DNA from: an uncultured Verrucomicrobiae bacterium
GTDB taxonomy: Bacteria; Verrucomicrobiota; Verrucomicrobiia; Limisphaerales; Palsa-1400
Direction: 5' to 3'
DNA length: 64,000 nucleotides
Assembly (NCBI GenBank): GCA_963702845.1
Contig: OY969763.1
Location: 5,760,001 to 5,824,000, forward strand
This document shows, one piece after another, positions 11,368 through 21,701 of this stretch; positions within the stretch are counted from its first letter, which is position 1; each line of letters opens with the position of its first letter. A model generated the notes under the pieces. That model saw only the letters and a list, made by a program, of their open reading frames with translations, was not told the origin of the DNA and searched no databases. Made by a program: the position numbers and the translations under genes.

Positions 11368-12039
11368 GTGCCTGCAACAGTCACATTGCGAACACCGAAA
11401 GGCGAACTCGTCGTCGGCGCGGTTCCACGCGTTGTCGGGACGTTGTCTACGTTTCCGGTTCCGCCGGCTGCGCCTGAGGTTTGCGATGTTGTTGAGGTTC
11501 GTTTGGATTTGCTCGGAGCCGCAGTGGTTTGGCCACAAATCGATTTGCCAATTCTGCTCACGATTCGTTCGAGTGCCGAAGGCGGGCAATGGAACGGACC
11601 GGATAAGGAGCGGTTGGAACTGTATCGTAAATGGATTCCGTTGGTGGCGGCCGTTGATGTTGAATTAAGCAGCCTGATTGCGGTTGATGTTTGCAAGCTC
11701 GCCAAAGACGCGGGCGTACCTTCGATCGTTTCCTTCCACGATTTTAGCGCAACTCCGACGCTTGAGACGTTGCAGGCGATTGTCGAACGCGGACAAAAAG
11801 TGGGCTCAATCGTGAAAATCGTGACGCTCGCGAATACGGAGCGTGATGTTGAAATTTTGCGAACCCTGCTCAGCAACCGTTCCTCGCCGCTGTGCGTGAT
11901 GGGCATGGGACAACACGCCGCGATGACACGCGTTGAATTTCCGAAACTTGGCTCATGTCTCACATACGGGTACCTCGACAAACCGTTGGCGCCGGGACAA
12001 ACGTCAGCCGCCGAACTTTCCGCACAATTACGTAAATGA
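11368..12039 (+). CDS. aroD: Type I 3-dehydroquinate dehydratase
   Basis: EVRLD, TIRSSAEGG, VDVEL, SFHDF, Schiff-base Lys in IVKIV, APGQ. Confidence 0.88.
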   Translation: MPATVTLRTPKGELVVGAVPRVVGTLSTFPVPPAAPEVCDVVEVRLDLLGAAVVWPQIDLPILLTIRSSAEGGQWNGPDKERLELYRKWIPLVAAVDVELSSLIAVDVCKLAKDAGVPSIVSFHDFSATPTLETLQAIVERGQKVGSIVKIVTLANTERDVEILRTLLSNRSSPLCVMGMGQHAAMTRVEFPKLGSCLTYGYLDKPLAPGQTSAAELSAQLRK

Positions 12040-12791
12040 AAGCAGTCATTCTCGCCGCCGGCAAAGGCACGCGCATGGGCGGTCTCACTTCCGACTTGCC
12101 CAAGCCGATGCTTCGCGTGCACGGCAAACCGATTCTCGAACACATTATTACCGGCCTGCAAAGCGCGGGTATTCGTGAGTTCGTTATCGTGACCGGTTGG
12201 CATGCGGAGGTGATCGAGAGTTACTTCGGCGACGGATCGAAGTTCGGGATCAAAGTTCAGTATGGGCGACAAGTTGTTCAGGATGGGACGGGCAAAGCAC
12301 CGGAATTGGCGAAGGCATTTGTTGGTTCGGATGATTTTGTGCTGACCTACGGCGATATTCTTGTGCGACCGGAAACTTACAAACAGATGATCGCTCGTTA
12401 TGGCGAGAAACCGGTTTCTGGTTTGCTCACTTGCACAGGCAGTGAAGATGTGACCAAAGGCGGATTGTTGTTTTTCGATAAGATGTTTTGTCTTTGTAAG
12501 CTGGTGGAGAAACCAAGTGCGGCGGAAATTGATGCATTGCGAGCGGAGGGTTATCTAAAGTCTGGTGATACGGCTTGGTATAATGCGGGTGTTTACATTT
12601 TCAAACCGAGCATTTTTGAGTTCACGGCGAAGTTGCAGAAATCGCCACGAGGTGAGTATGAACTCACCGATGCGATTATTGCGATGCTCGTGGCTGGTCA
12701 TAAGTTTGCTGGGTTGGAGATTCAGGGGCGTTGGGTCGATGTCCGCGATCCGGAAGTTCTCGCCTCGTTGGAAAAAAGCCAACTCGACTAA
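12036..12791 (+). CDS. Sugar-phosphate nucleotidyltransferase
   Basis: ILAAGKGTRM..PKPML, LVEKP, NAGVY, SPRGEYELTDAI; ATGA overlap with aroD. Confidence 0.9.
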   Translation: MKAVILAAGKGTRMGGLTSDLPKPMLRVHGKPILEHIITGLQSAGIREFVIVTGWHAEVIESYFGDGSKFGIKVQYGRQVVQDGTGKAPELAKAFVGSDDFVLTYGDILVRPETYKQMIARYGEKPVSGLLTCTGSEDVTKGGLLFFDKMFCLCKLVEKPSAAEIDALRAEGYLKSGDTAWYNAGVYIFKPSIFEFTAKLQKSPRGEYELTDAIIAMLVAGHKFAGLEIQGRWVDVRDPEVLASLEKSQLD

Positions 12792-13930
12792 CGTCGACTG
12801 CGATTCACGACTTTTTCTAAAATCGGAATTGTCTCGCGGACTTCGTCCTTCGTGGAATCGCGGCCTAGCGAAAAACGGACGAGAGAGTTGGCGGATTTTT
12901 TGTCCACGCCCAATGCGGTGATGACGTGTGAGGGTTCCAATGAACCGGCGGAACAGGCGGAACCGCTCGACGCGCAGACGCCTTCTATATCCAAGCCTGC
13001 AAGCAATGTGATGCTGTCAGCGCCGTCGACGGTGAATGCAATGGTGTTGCTGAGGCGTTTTGTTTGAGAGCCGCGGAGATGGACGCCGGGAATTTTCGAA
13101 ACTGAACTCGCGAGTTCATTTGTGAGGTTAAACAAGTTTTCGCGCGGGAAGACCGGAGATTTGACGAAACGTTCCATCGCTTCAGCTAATCCAATCACGG
13201 CGGCTAAATTTTCTGTGCCGGCGCGGCGCTCGTTTTCGTGGCCGCCGCCGAAGATGATTGGGTCGGGATGTAACGGCGATTTGATGTAGAGCGCGCCGAT
13301 GCCTTTTGGCCCATGTAGTTTGTGCGCGCAGAAGGAGACCAGGTCGGCATTGAATTGGTCGATGTTTTCGAACGGTTCTTTGCCGAACCATTGGACGGCG
13401 TCGGTGTGGAAGATGACGCCGCGCTCGCGACAGATCGCGCCGATTTCGGCGACGGGTTGGATCGTGCCGATTTCGTTGTTGGCGGCCATGATCGAGACAA
13501 GGGTGGTGTCGGCGCGGATGGCGTTCTTCACGTCTTCAGGATTGATGAAACCTTCTTTGTTCACCGGGATGTAGGTAACGGTGAAGCCTTCGCGTTTTTC
13601 CAAGTATTGAAAGCAATGCAGGACGGCGTGGTGTTCAATGGTCGATGTGATGATGTGCCGGCCTTTGTCGGACAGCGCGCGTGCGGTGCCGAAGATGGCG
13701 AGGTTATTACTCTCCGTGCCGCCGCTGGTGAAAATGACTTCGCTCGGTTTGCAGTGCCAGACTTTCGCAACGCGGTCGCGGGCGTCATCGAGAATGGAGC
13801 GAGCGCCTTGGCCGATGTGATGGACGGACGACGGGTTGCCCCACACTTCACCAAAATACGGCATCATCGCCTCGCGGACTTGTGGGTCCAGAGGCGTTGT
13901 CGCGTTATAGTCGAAGTAAATAGTTTTCAT
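12788..13930 (-). CDS. iscS: Cysteine desulfurase (IscS/NifS family)
   Basis: YFDYNATTP, GNPSS, FTSGGTESNN, HTDAVQ, PLP Lys in AHKLHGPKG, SSGSAC. Confidence 0.93.
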   Translation of the reverse strand: MKTIYFDYNATTPLDPQVREAMMPYFGEVWGNPSSVHHIGQGARSILDDARDRVAKVWHCKPSEVIFTSGGTESNNLAIFGTARALSDKGRHIITSTIEHHAVLHCFQYLEKREGFTVTYIPVNKEGFINPEDVKNAIRADTTLVSIMAANNEIGTIQPVAEIGAICRERGVIFHTDAVQWFGKEPFENIDQFNADLVSFCAHKLHGPKGIGALYIKSPLHPDPIIFGGGHENERRAGTENLAAVIGLAEAMERFVKSPVFPRENLFNLTNELASSVSKIPGVHLRGSQTKRLSNTIAFTVDGADSITLLAGLDIEGVCASSGSACSAGSLEPSHVITALGVDKKSANSLVRFSLGRDSTKDEVRETIPILEKVVNRSRR

Positions 13931-13933
13931 GTT

Positions 13934-16626
13934 TTACAGATCAATCCACGAAATGCGTACGGCTTTCGCATCCCCTTTGAGCACTCGTTTCTTTGTCATG
14001 TCGATCTCAACGAAATCCTGATCTCGATTTCACTATAATCCCTCGGTCGCCGAACTGAAGCTGAGAGACATGACTGAGAGCAACGTATTTTAAGCTGTTG
14101 TTTCGATCAGCCCGCACTACGCAGAGCATGCCTTTCATTGAGAAAAACAGATGATCTGCGGACAACGTCCGATCGCTGCGTTGTTGTGGGTCAGCGGCTA
14201 AGACGTAATCGCGATCGCCTGAAATGAGTTCGACGTACAGGCCAACGTCAGCACCAGTTGTCGCGTTGGTAACGCTATGCAACAAAAGGCGAGTGATTCG
14301 CTTGATGGTTGACGTCTTTTCGAACGGTTCAAGCACGCTGACAAAGGTTGAACTCAAAGGTGCGGCACCAGTTTTACGCGTAATCAGACATGGGATCCAA
14401 GCTTCGCCTAAATTGTCGGCGAGGTGGACGGGTGGGGCGATCCAGGCTTCGGCGGTGATGGCGTCGACGCCGGTCGAGAGATCGGTGTAGCGCATTTTTA
14501 GGTTCGTGTTTTTCGGGAGTTGGTGGAAGCGATCTTCGATGTTCCAGTCCAGGCTCCAGCCATTTGGCGGATTAGTCGCGAGGGCGAAGTTGCGGAGTTG
14601 GCCACCGGTGATGAGGTCGGTTTTTGAAGGGGTGAAATGTAGGTTGCTCGTGGTGAGGGTCGAGATGGGGCCGTAGACGAATTTGTAGTGGCCGCTGCCG
14701 GCGATGGTGCGGAAGATGTCGAGGACGTAGAAATTTTTGTCGTCGATGTCGATGAGCGCGGCGGTGCGTTCGTATTGTTTGCCGCCGACCACTGCTGGAG
14801 CATCGGCGCGGATGGCGTGGAACATTTCGCCGTCGGCCCACATGGTTGCTTTGCCGGTGGCAGGACGTTGGGGTTGATCAACAAGCACGGTGTTGTGAGC
14901 GCCGGTTGTTTTGTACCATTCGGCGCGCGGAGTGGTACCAGCCGCCGAATTGGACAGGTGGATAGCCGAAGTCAGGCAAAAGGTCCATGCCGTGGGCGAA
15001 GAGACCTATGGTCATGCCATCGAGATGGCTGTGGTTGCCATAGGAATCGTAATCAAGCCAGAGGGCTCGAGCGTTTTTGCCTTTGCCGCTGCGGAGGATG
15101 GCGATGTGCCAGTCTTCTTTGTTGATGCTGCCGAGTTTTAGGTCTTCGCCGTTCTTTGCGATGACTTGCTTCGTCGATTTTTGGAACCGCGATGGATTAT
15201 CGGCGAACAAATCGTGCGGAAGGTTTTTGACTGAGTGGTTGTTTTCTCGATGGAGAATTTGGATATAAGCCGGGTCGTGCGTTGCTTCGTATAAGCGCCA
15301 GAAGAAGGAATACATCGAGGGGGCAAGAGGATCGGACTGAGTTTTGTCAAAACTAGCGCCGACGTAATGGGGCGTGGGTTGACCGAAAGCGCTGCAGTCA
15401 CCAGAGCGCGGGTAGTATTGGTCCAAACAATATGTGTCGATATGGAAGCGCCAGGTGTTGGTGAGTGACGGATTACGTTGGATCAGGGCGGGCAGAAAGG
15501 TGGCGTCGGCGCGGCTGTATTCTTCGAGAAAACTGGCCAGGCTGGCGATGGTGTAGGAGGTGTAGCCGCTCAGGCCTTTTTCACCAGTGACGCCGTCGAC
15601 CGCGGTGGCGGGTTTTACGAAATGATCGATCATCGCTTCGACCGCTTTGCGGTTTTCGGGCCAGCCGAGGACGGTGGTTAAAACCGTGAGACAGATTTCG
15701 TCGCGTGGAAAATTGCTGTGGACGCGTTCGCGGTGGATGAGCGGGTGGCGCAAGAGGCCGGTTTCAATATTTTGACGCTTTGCGTCGTCGCGGAAGCCTT
15801 CGAAGATTTGATCGTAGGCCAACGCGAGTTCGCGCGTTTCTTCACACGCGTCGTGCCAGACGGAGATGTAGCCGTTATTCCCGCCGGTTTCGTAGGTCAA
15901 GCCTTGGCTGGCGTAGTCAAAGCTGGGATAGAAATCGGCAAGGCGATCGAGGAGGACGCCGCATTGGTTGGCGTAGGTTTCGTCGCCGGTCAGGACGTAG
16001 GCGCGGGCGAGAGCTTTTGCGCCGTTGAGGATTACTTGTTTGAATTGGCCGTAGATTTCGTACGCGCCGATGAATCGCCAGCGATGGCCGTCGTCGACGT
16101 AGCCTTCGCCGTCGTCGACGCCAAACATGTGGAGTGGGTCTGCTGCGTCGGGATGGTCGGTGTTAAAAAGCAGGGCGCGGTTGGCGTGTTTTTGGTTGAA
16201 CCAGCCTTTTTCATCGAGGCCGCTCTTGTAATAGGCGTAGAAATCATTTTTTGGGAAGACTTCGTTGCAGTTGGGGCAGGAGAGTTTCCATGGTTTTTTT
16301 TGAGCGTCGATTTTCCAGTCGTACATGCGGACTGGTTTTTTGCAGGTGGGGCAATAGCCATCGGACCAAACCATCCAGGAACGAGTGGTGCCGGGGCTGA
16401 AGACGAGGTCGCGGAGTTGTTCGTCGGAATTGGTGTGCCACCAGGTGGCGTTGGTGATGACGGTGGTTAGGAAATTTTTGCCGTTGGGGTCGTGTTTTAG
16501 GTTGGTGCGGATTTTTTGAAGGACGTCCTGGGGATAGAAGGCGCTGTGTTGTTTGTTGGTTTCGGTGGCGGAAAGGGAAAGGGAGAGTGAGAGTGAAAGT
16601 GCAAAAATGGCTTTGTACAGGCGCAT
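13934..16626 (-). CDS. Secreted heparinase II/III-like polysaccharide lyase, split by indels at about 14935 and 14025
   Basis: Signal peptide; HSHLDGMTIGLFAHG..PDFGY. Correcting the frame gives TPRAEWYKTTGAHNTVLVD. The corrected tail DFVEIDMTKKRVLKGDAKAVRISWIDL* ends 3 bp before the iscS start. Confidence 0.8.
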
Positions 16627-16704
16627 GGTTTTACCAGAAGCGTGAACGACTGGATGGCGCATGATTGGGTTGTTTAGGTTGTTTGTCACAACGATTTTTT
16701 ATTA

Positions 16705-17120
16705 GGTGCGAATAACCGCGAATAACCGCGAATCGGATAAGGTTGGAATTTTTTTTAATTTGGTTTGAATTGCTTTGAAAAGGCGCCTGAGGAATGGGAC
16801 CTCTCGGAAGAATGGGAGCTATGTGTCGGCGCAGTGGCAGTGGCGGAATTCTTCATGACTGATCTTTCCATGTTTCCGAAGAGCGTTATTGCTCGGCGGG
16901 CACACGTTGTGCGTGCAGGGGGATTGTGCAAGAAGTGGCTACTCTGTCAAAAAATGTAGGAAAAGGAGGGAAGCCAGGGAAAGGAGGGAAAAGAAGTGCA
17001 GTTTTTTGTGATGAAATTGTGCGTTTTTATGGGGTTGGCATGGTTTTTGAGAGGGGGCTTCACCACAGAGGCACAGAGAGGAAGGCGAACGTTCAACTCC
17101 CAACATCCAACGTCGAACGA
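16705..17120. repeat. Intergenic mosaic of short tandem and degenerate repeats
   Basis: (GCGAATAACC)x2.5, GAATGGGA x2, GGAAAAGGAGGGAA x2, CACAGAG x2, and heptamers AACGTTC-AACTCCC-AACATCC-AACGTCG. Confidence 0.7.
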
Positions 17121-17166
17121 TATGCGGACTTGATCATCCGTGCTCAACGCGCCTGCGTGATGCGCG

Positions 17167-18258
17167 CTATCTGACCGCTTCTTCGATGGCGCTTACGATG
17201 AGGTCTTGGTCCTTCTCGCTCAAGAATGGGTGCATTGGCAAACTCAGGACTTCGTTGGCGGCTTTTTCGGAGACGGGGAATTGGCCGGGTTTGTAGCCGT
17301 ACGGGGCGAAGACGGGTTGTTCGTGGATGGACTTTGGGTAGTAGACGGCGGTTGGGATGCCTTTGGCTTTTAGCTTTGTTGCCACTTCGTCGCGGTTGGG
17401 GACGCGGATGGTGTATTGAGCGTAGACGTGGGTGTTGCCTGTTTCGATCTTTGGGACGATGCAGCAGTTTTTTAGTTTTTCGGAATATCTCGCGCCGATA
17501 GCGATGCGGGCTTCGACTTCTTTTTCGAAATGGGGCCATTTGGCCATAAGCACTGCGGCCTGGATGGTATCGAAACGGCCGTTCATGCCGACGAGCGGGT
17601 GGTGGTGGCGTTTGATGCCGCCATGGGTGCGGATGGCGCGCATTTTATCGGCGAGTTCGTCGTCGCTGGTGAACAACGCGCCGCCTTCGCCGTAGCAACC
17701 CAAGGGTTTCGCGGGGAAGAAGCTGGTGCTGGAAATCTTGGTGACGCCGCAGCTGCGCTTGCCGTTTTGGGTCGCGCCGAAGCTTTGGGCGGCGTCTTCG
17801 ATGACGGTGATGTTGTGTTTTGCGGCGATTTTGTTGATTGCGTCGCAGCCGGGCATTTGGCCGAACAAGCTGACTGGGATGATGGCTTTGGTGCGAGGGG
17901 TTATGGCGGGTTCGATTTGGCTGATGTCGATGTTGTAGGTGTCGGGTTCGATGTCGATGAAGACGGGTTTTGCGCCAACTAACAGAATGACTTCAGCGGT
18001 GCTGATCCAGGTGAAAGGGACGGTGATGACTTCGTCGCCGGGGCCGATGTCGAGGGCGCGCAAGGCGATTTCGAGGCTGTCGGTGCCGCTGGCGACGGTG
18101 AGGCAATGGCGGGTGTTGGTGTAAGTCGCGAGGGTTTGTTCGAGTTCGGTGTTTTCGGGGCCGAGAATGTATTGGCCGTGTTCGAGAACTTTTTTGATGC
18201 GAGCGTCGATCTCCGCCTGGTAGAGGCGGTATTGGGTCTTCAGGTCTATGAAATCCAT
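17167..18258 (-). CDS. DegT/DnrJ/EryC1/StrS sugar aminotransferase (WbpE-like)
   Basis: SGTDSL, IEDAAQSFGA, SFFPAKPLGCYGEGGA, NGRFDTIQAA, LSLPMHP. Confidence 0.93.
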   Translation of the reverse strand: MDFIDLKTQYRLYQAEIDARIKKVLEHGQYILGPENTELEQTLATYTNTRHCLTVASGTDSLEIALRALDIGPGDEVITVPFTWISTAEVILLVGAKPVFIDIEPDTYNIDISQIEPAITPRTKAIIPVSLFGQMPGCDAINKIAAKHNITVIEDAAQSFGATQNGKRSCGVTKISSTSFFPAKPLGCYGEGGALFTSDDELADKMRAIRTHGGIKRHHHPLVGMNGRFDTIQAAVLMAKWPHFEKEVEARIAIGARYSEKLKNCCIVPKIETGNTHVYAQYTIRVPNRDEVATKLKAKGIPTAVYYPKSIHEQPVFAPYGYKPGQFPVSEKAANEVLSLPMHPFLSEKDQDLIVSAIEEAVR

Positions 18259-18288
18259 GCGAAGAGAAGGATGAGGGATGGGAAGAGA

Positions 18289-18355
18289 ATTTCAAATTTC
18301 AAATTTCAGATTTCAAAGGAAGAAAAAAGAAATTTCAAATTCGCATTTCAAATTT
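18289..18355. repeat. Heptamer tandem repeat (ATTTCAA)n
   Basis: ATTTCAA ATTTCAA ATTTCAG ATTTCAA, followed by a second degenerate block at about 18332-18355. Confidence 0.85.
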
Positions 18356-18498
18356 TCGGTGGGTCGGTGGGTGGGAAAAAGCGGTCCCGACGGGTCGAGA
18401 CCGCAGTTCAAGACGCGTCGCGTTGTACTACGCATTTGGTCAGTTGTAATAACGATTGGGCTTTGTCGGGTGGAATGAGTTGTGTTACATCAAAGGCG

Positions 18499-19263
18499 AT
18501 GCCAGATCGTTTGCCGACTTGTTTCGATAGTGTAGGACCGTTTAAGGAGTTTTTTCAGACGGGGACGCCGGTTTTGATGTACCACAAAATCGGGAAAAGA
18601 CCACGAGGGGTTCGACTCAAGGGGCTTTATGTCAACCCGGAGCAGTTCGAGCGGCATGTGCAGGAGTTGAAGGATAACGGTTTTGCCAGCGCGACTCTCT
18701 CGGAGTTGGCGACGATGACCGCCTCTGCGCCTTTATCGAACAAGGTCGTGTTTACGTTCGATGATGGCTTTCGCAATGTTTTGGAGAATGCGGTGGCGCC
18801 ATTGGGCAAGGCTGGGTTTAAGGCGATTCAGTTTTTAGTGCCGAATTATTTGGGCAAGGTCAATGAATGGGATTTGCGCGACGGTGAAGTGCCGGAAACG
18901 TTGATGGATAAAATTCAGGTGCAGGATTGGCTGGCCGCCGGGCACGAAATCGGGTCGCACTCGATGACGCATGCCAGCTTGACGCGGCTTTCGGTGCGGG
19001 ATGCGCGCGAGGAAATTATCAGCAGCAAGAAGAAGCTGGAGGATATGTTCGCTTGTCCGATCGTTCATTTTTGTTATCCGTATGGAAACTGGAATGATGC
19101 AATTCGCGATGTGGTGATTGAAGCTGGCTACCAGACGGCATGCACGACGAAGTTCGGCGTGAACACGCCTGAGACGGCCAAGCATGCCATGAATCGCATT
19201 ACGGCCCGGCATCCGACGCGCAGTTTGAAGGCGCTGAAGGAACGGTTGTTTAAAAGTTCGTAG
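18499..19263 (+). CDS. Polysaccharide deacetylase (CE4/NodB family)
   Basis: PVLMYHKI, TFDDGF, EIGSHSMTH, FCYPYG. Confidence 0.92.
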   Translation: MPDRLPTCFDSVGPFKEFFQTGTPVLMYHKIGKRPRGVRLKGLYVNPEQFERHVQELKDNGFASATLSELATMTASAPLSNKVVFTFDDGFRNVLENAVAPLGKAGFKAIQFLVPNYLGKVNEWDLRDGEVPETLMDKIQVQDWLAAGHEIGSHSMTHASLTRLSVRDAREEIISSKKKLEDMFACPIVHFCYPYGNWNDAIRDVVIEAGYQTACTTKFGVNTPETAKHAMNRITARHPTRSLKALKERLFKSS

Positions 19264-19484
19264 GTGCAACATTCTGGCGGGAACCCAAGGGGCAACTTAC
19301 CGATCGTTCTCGCAAATCGGGGCATTCAGGGATTTTCCTTATGCAGCAACCATGCGTTTCCTTACACGCGAATACTTGATTTTCTTTGGCCGCAAGCGGA
19401 CGTTAAACCTTAGGCAAAAACTTTGGCTGATTGAGCTCTGCTGGGTTAAAGTAAGAGCCTTTAAACAAAGTGTTTGCGCAAGAT

Positions 19485-20660
19485 ATGCCCGATTCGAAGG
19501 AGGAAAGAAGTTCATGGTTAGCAGCGTCGCGTTTGGCCGCCATCGTCGATTCTTGTGACGACGCGATTGTCAGCAAGAATCTCGATGGCTATATCACAAG
19601 CTGGAATAAAAGTGCCGAACGAATTTTCGGGTATACGACAAAGGAAGCGATCGGCGAACACATCACATTGATTATTCCGCCGGAACGCCGCGAGGAAGAA
19701 CCAAAGATCCTGGAGCGATTGCGACGGGGCGAGCGCGTGGATCATTATGAGACGGTTCGTTTAACGAAGGACGGACGGCGCATCAGTATTTCTTTGACGA
19801 TTTCACCGATTCGCGACGACGAAGGGCACATCGTGGGCGCGTCGAAGATTGCGCGCGACATTACAGCGCAGAAAACGGCGGATGAAGCAGTGACACACGC
19901 GCAGACGCAATTGCGGGAATACGCGGCGACTTTGGAGCAACGTGTGGCCGAGCGCACGTCGCGATTGGAAGACTTGAACAAGTCACTGGAAGGTTTGTCC
20001 TACAGCATCGCGCACGACTTGCGCGCGCCGTTGCGGGCGATTCAAGGCATGACGGAGATTTTGGTGGAGGACAATCCGTCGCACTTTGACGAGAGCAGCA
20101 AACGGGTCGCCCAGGAAATTATCAAGTCGGTGCGACGGATGGACAATTTGATCACGGACCTGATGAGTTACGGACGCTTGTCGCATGATGAGCTTCCGGT
20201 AGGTGCCGTCCATCTCGATGAAGTTGTTAAACAGGTAACGCGCAATATGCAGGTTGAGATTGAAGCTGTGCGCGCATCGCTCGACGTTGCGCCCGACTTG
20301 CCGGTGGTGAAGGCACATCGGACAACGCTTGAGCAGGTCATGACGAATCTACTGGGCAACGCAATGAAATTTGTTGATCCGGCCAGACCAGTGCGAGTGC
20401 AGGTGTATGCAACGGAGGCGGTAGCGGGCGATGGTTACGTTCGCCTGGTGGTGGAGGATAATGGAATTGGCTTACAGCCGGAGTTTCGTGATCGGATTTA
20501 TCGAATTTTCGAGCGGCTGCATTCCGGCAATAAATATCCGGGCACGGGCATTGGTTTGGCGATTGTGCAAAAAGGGATTGAGCGGATGGGAGGGCGGACC
20601 GGAGTGGATTCGAAGCCCGGGACGGGAAGTAAGTTTTGGTTCGAGTTGCCGAGGGCGTGA
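19485..20660 (+). CDS. Cytoplasmic PAS sensor histidine kinase (HisKA-HATPase)
   Basis: PAS (SWNKSAERIFGY..ASKIARDIT); H-box AHDLRAPLR; NLLGNAMKF, DNGIG, GTGIGL. Confidence 0.93.
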   Translation: MPDSKEERSSWLAASRLAAIVDSCDDAIVSKNLDGYITSWNKSAERIFGYTTKEAIGEHITLIIPPERREEEPKILERLRRGERVDHYETVRLTKDGRRISISLTISPIRDDEGHIVGASKIARDITAQKTADEAVTHAQTQLREYAATLEQRVAERTSRLEDLNKSLEGLSYSIAHDLRAPLRAIQGMTEILVEDNPSHFDESSKRVAQEIIKSVRRMDNLITDLMSYGRLSHDELPVGAVHLDEVVKQVTRNMQVEIEAVRASLDVAPDLPVVKAHRTTLEQVMTNLLGNAMKFVDPARPVRVQVYATEAVAGDGYVRLVVEDNGIGLQPEFRDRIYRIFERLHSGNKYPGTGIGLAIVQKGIERMGGRTGVDSKPGTGSKFWFELPRA

Positions 20661-20697
20661 GCGCGATATGTAACCGGCGTCAGCACCTTGCGTGCTT

Positions 20698-21327
20698 TTA
20701 TTCCACGAGGCCGTTTTTGATCGCGTAGTAGGTCAGTTCAGCGTTGCTGCGCAAATTTAATTTTTCCAATAGCCGCGTGCGATAGGTGCTGACCGTTTTA
20801 ACGCTTAAGGAAAGCATTTTGGCGACTTCAGTTGGAGTGTTGCCTTTGGCGAGTAGGCGCATGACTTCGTATTCGCGATCGGACAATGATTCGTGCGGGG
20901 GAGCGTCGGTGTCTTGCCCGAGTTTGGTGGCGAGTTTTTCGGCGAGCGATTGGCTGATGTATTTTCCGCCGGCGACCACTTTCTTGATTGCATTAATCAG
21001 TTCGGTCGGAGCCATTTCTTTACGGACGAACCCGGCCGCGCCTGCTTTGAGAACGCGCACGGCGAATTCATCCTCGGAACAAGCGGTCAAAATGAGCACG
21101 GGCAATGTTGGCCGGAGCATTTTGATGTCGCGCAAAATATCGATGCCGCTGCGGCCGGGCATGGTGATGTCGAGCACGACCACGTCCCATTCTTTTTTGC
21201 TGATTTGCTCAAGCGCCTCGCCGGCATTGGAGGCTTCACCAATGGCTGCGTTGCCGAACCCAGCCTGGATGAGCTGCTTCAAGCCCATGCGAATGAGCGC
21301 GTGGTCGTCAGTGATGAGGATGCGCAT
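20698..21327 (-). CDS. NarL/UvrY-family response regulator (REC plus LuxR HTH)
   Basis: TDDH, LDITMPG, GFVRK, LSDREYEV..LSVKTVSTYR. Confidence 0.95.
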   Translation of the reverse strand: MRILITDDHALIRMGLKQLIQAGFGNAAIGEASNAGEALEQISKKEWDVVVLDITMPGRSGIDILRDIKMLRPTLPVLILTACSEDEFAVRVLKAGAAGFVRKEMAPTELINAIKKVVAGGKYISQSLAEKLATKLGQDTDAPPHESLSDREYEVMRLLAKGNTPTEVAKMLSLSVKTVSTYRTRLLEKLNLRSNAELTYYAIKNGLVE

Positions 21328-21329
21328 AG

Positions 21330-21572
21330 TTATTTCGATTTGGCGGAAACTTGTTCGATGACTTCGCGCACCGAGATGGCGATCTCGGTGGTGAGTTGTG
21401 AGAGTTGCTGAATTTTTGGCGCGAGTGAGTTGGTTTTCGGCAGTGTGGCCTGTAGAACGGCAAGTTCGAGGCCGAGGACGGTGAGCTTCTGGCTGATGTC
21501 GTCGTGGATTTTGCGCGCGAGCAGGTGGTTGCTCGCGGCGTCTGGACTTTGTTGTTTAGCCGAACGACTCAC
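21330..21572 (-). CDS. Stand-alone HisKA_3-type dimerisation/phosphoacceptor peptide (80 aa)
   Basis: LARKIHDDISQKLTVL resembles the HisKA_3 H-box (ARELHDxxGQxLT); its stop lies 2 bp before the regulator ATG. Confidence 0.7.
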   Translation of the reverse strand: MSRSAKQQSPDAASNHLLARKIHDDISQKLTVLGLELAVLQATLPKTNSLAPKIQQLSQLTTEIAISVREVIEQVSAKSK

Positions 21573-21701
21573 GGTATTGGTTGAAAACCTTACTTTGGCG
21601 CGAGTAGTAATACCGCAGCGTGGGCAATGGTTGCCAGATTTTGTTTTTCTGGCATCTGAGACTACATTCAGGCGGGCAGCCGGTCACCCACGGCGCCTGA
21701 G

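Noticed and set aside
10851..12272. 473-aa minus-strand ORF
   Set aside because: It is an antisense shadow of yjbQ, aroD and the nucleotidyltransferase, and has no recognisable motifs.
16700..17120. CRISPR-like array
   Set aside because: There is no constant 25-40-bp repeat with unique spacers and no cas gene.
21620..21655. Sigma-54 promoter (minus-strand TGGCAACCATTGC) by the TGCCAGA/TCTGGCA palindrome
   Set aside because: The GG-to-GC spacing is 8 nt instead of the required 10.
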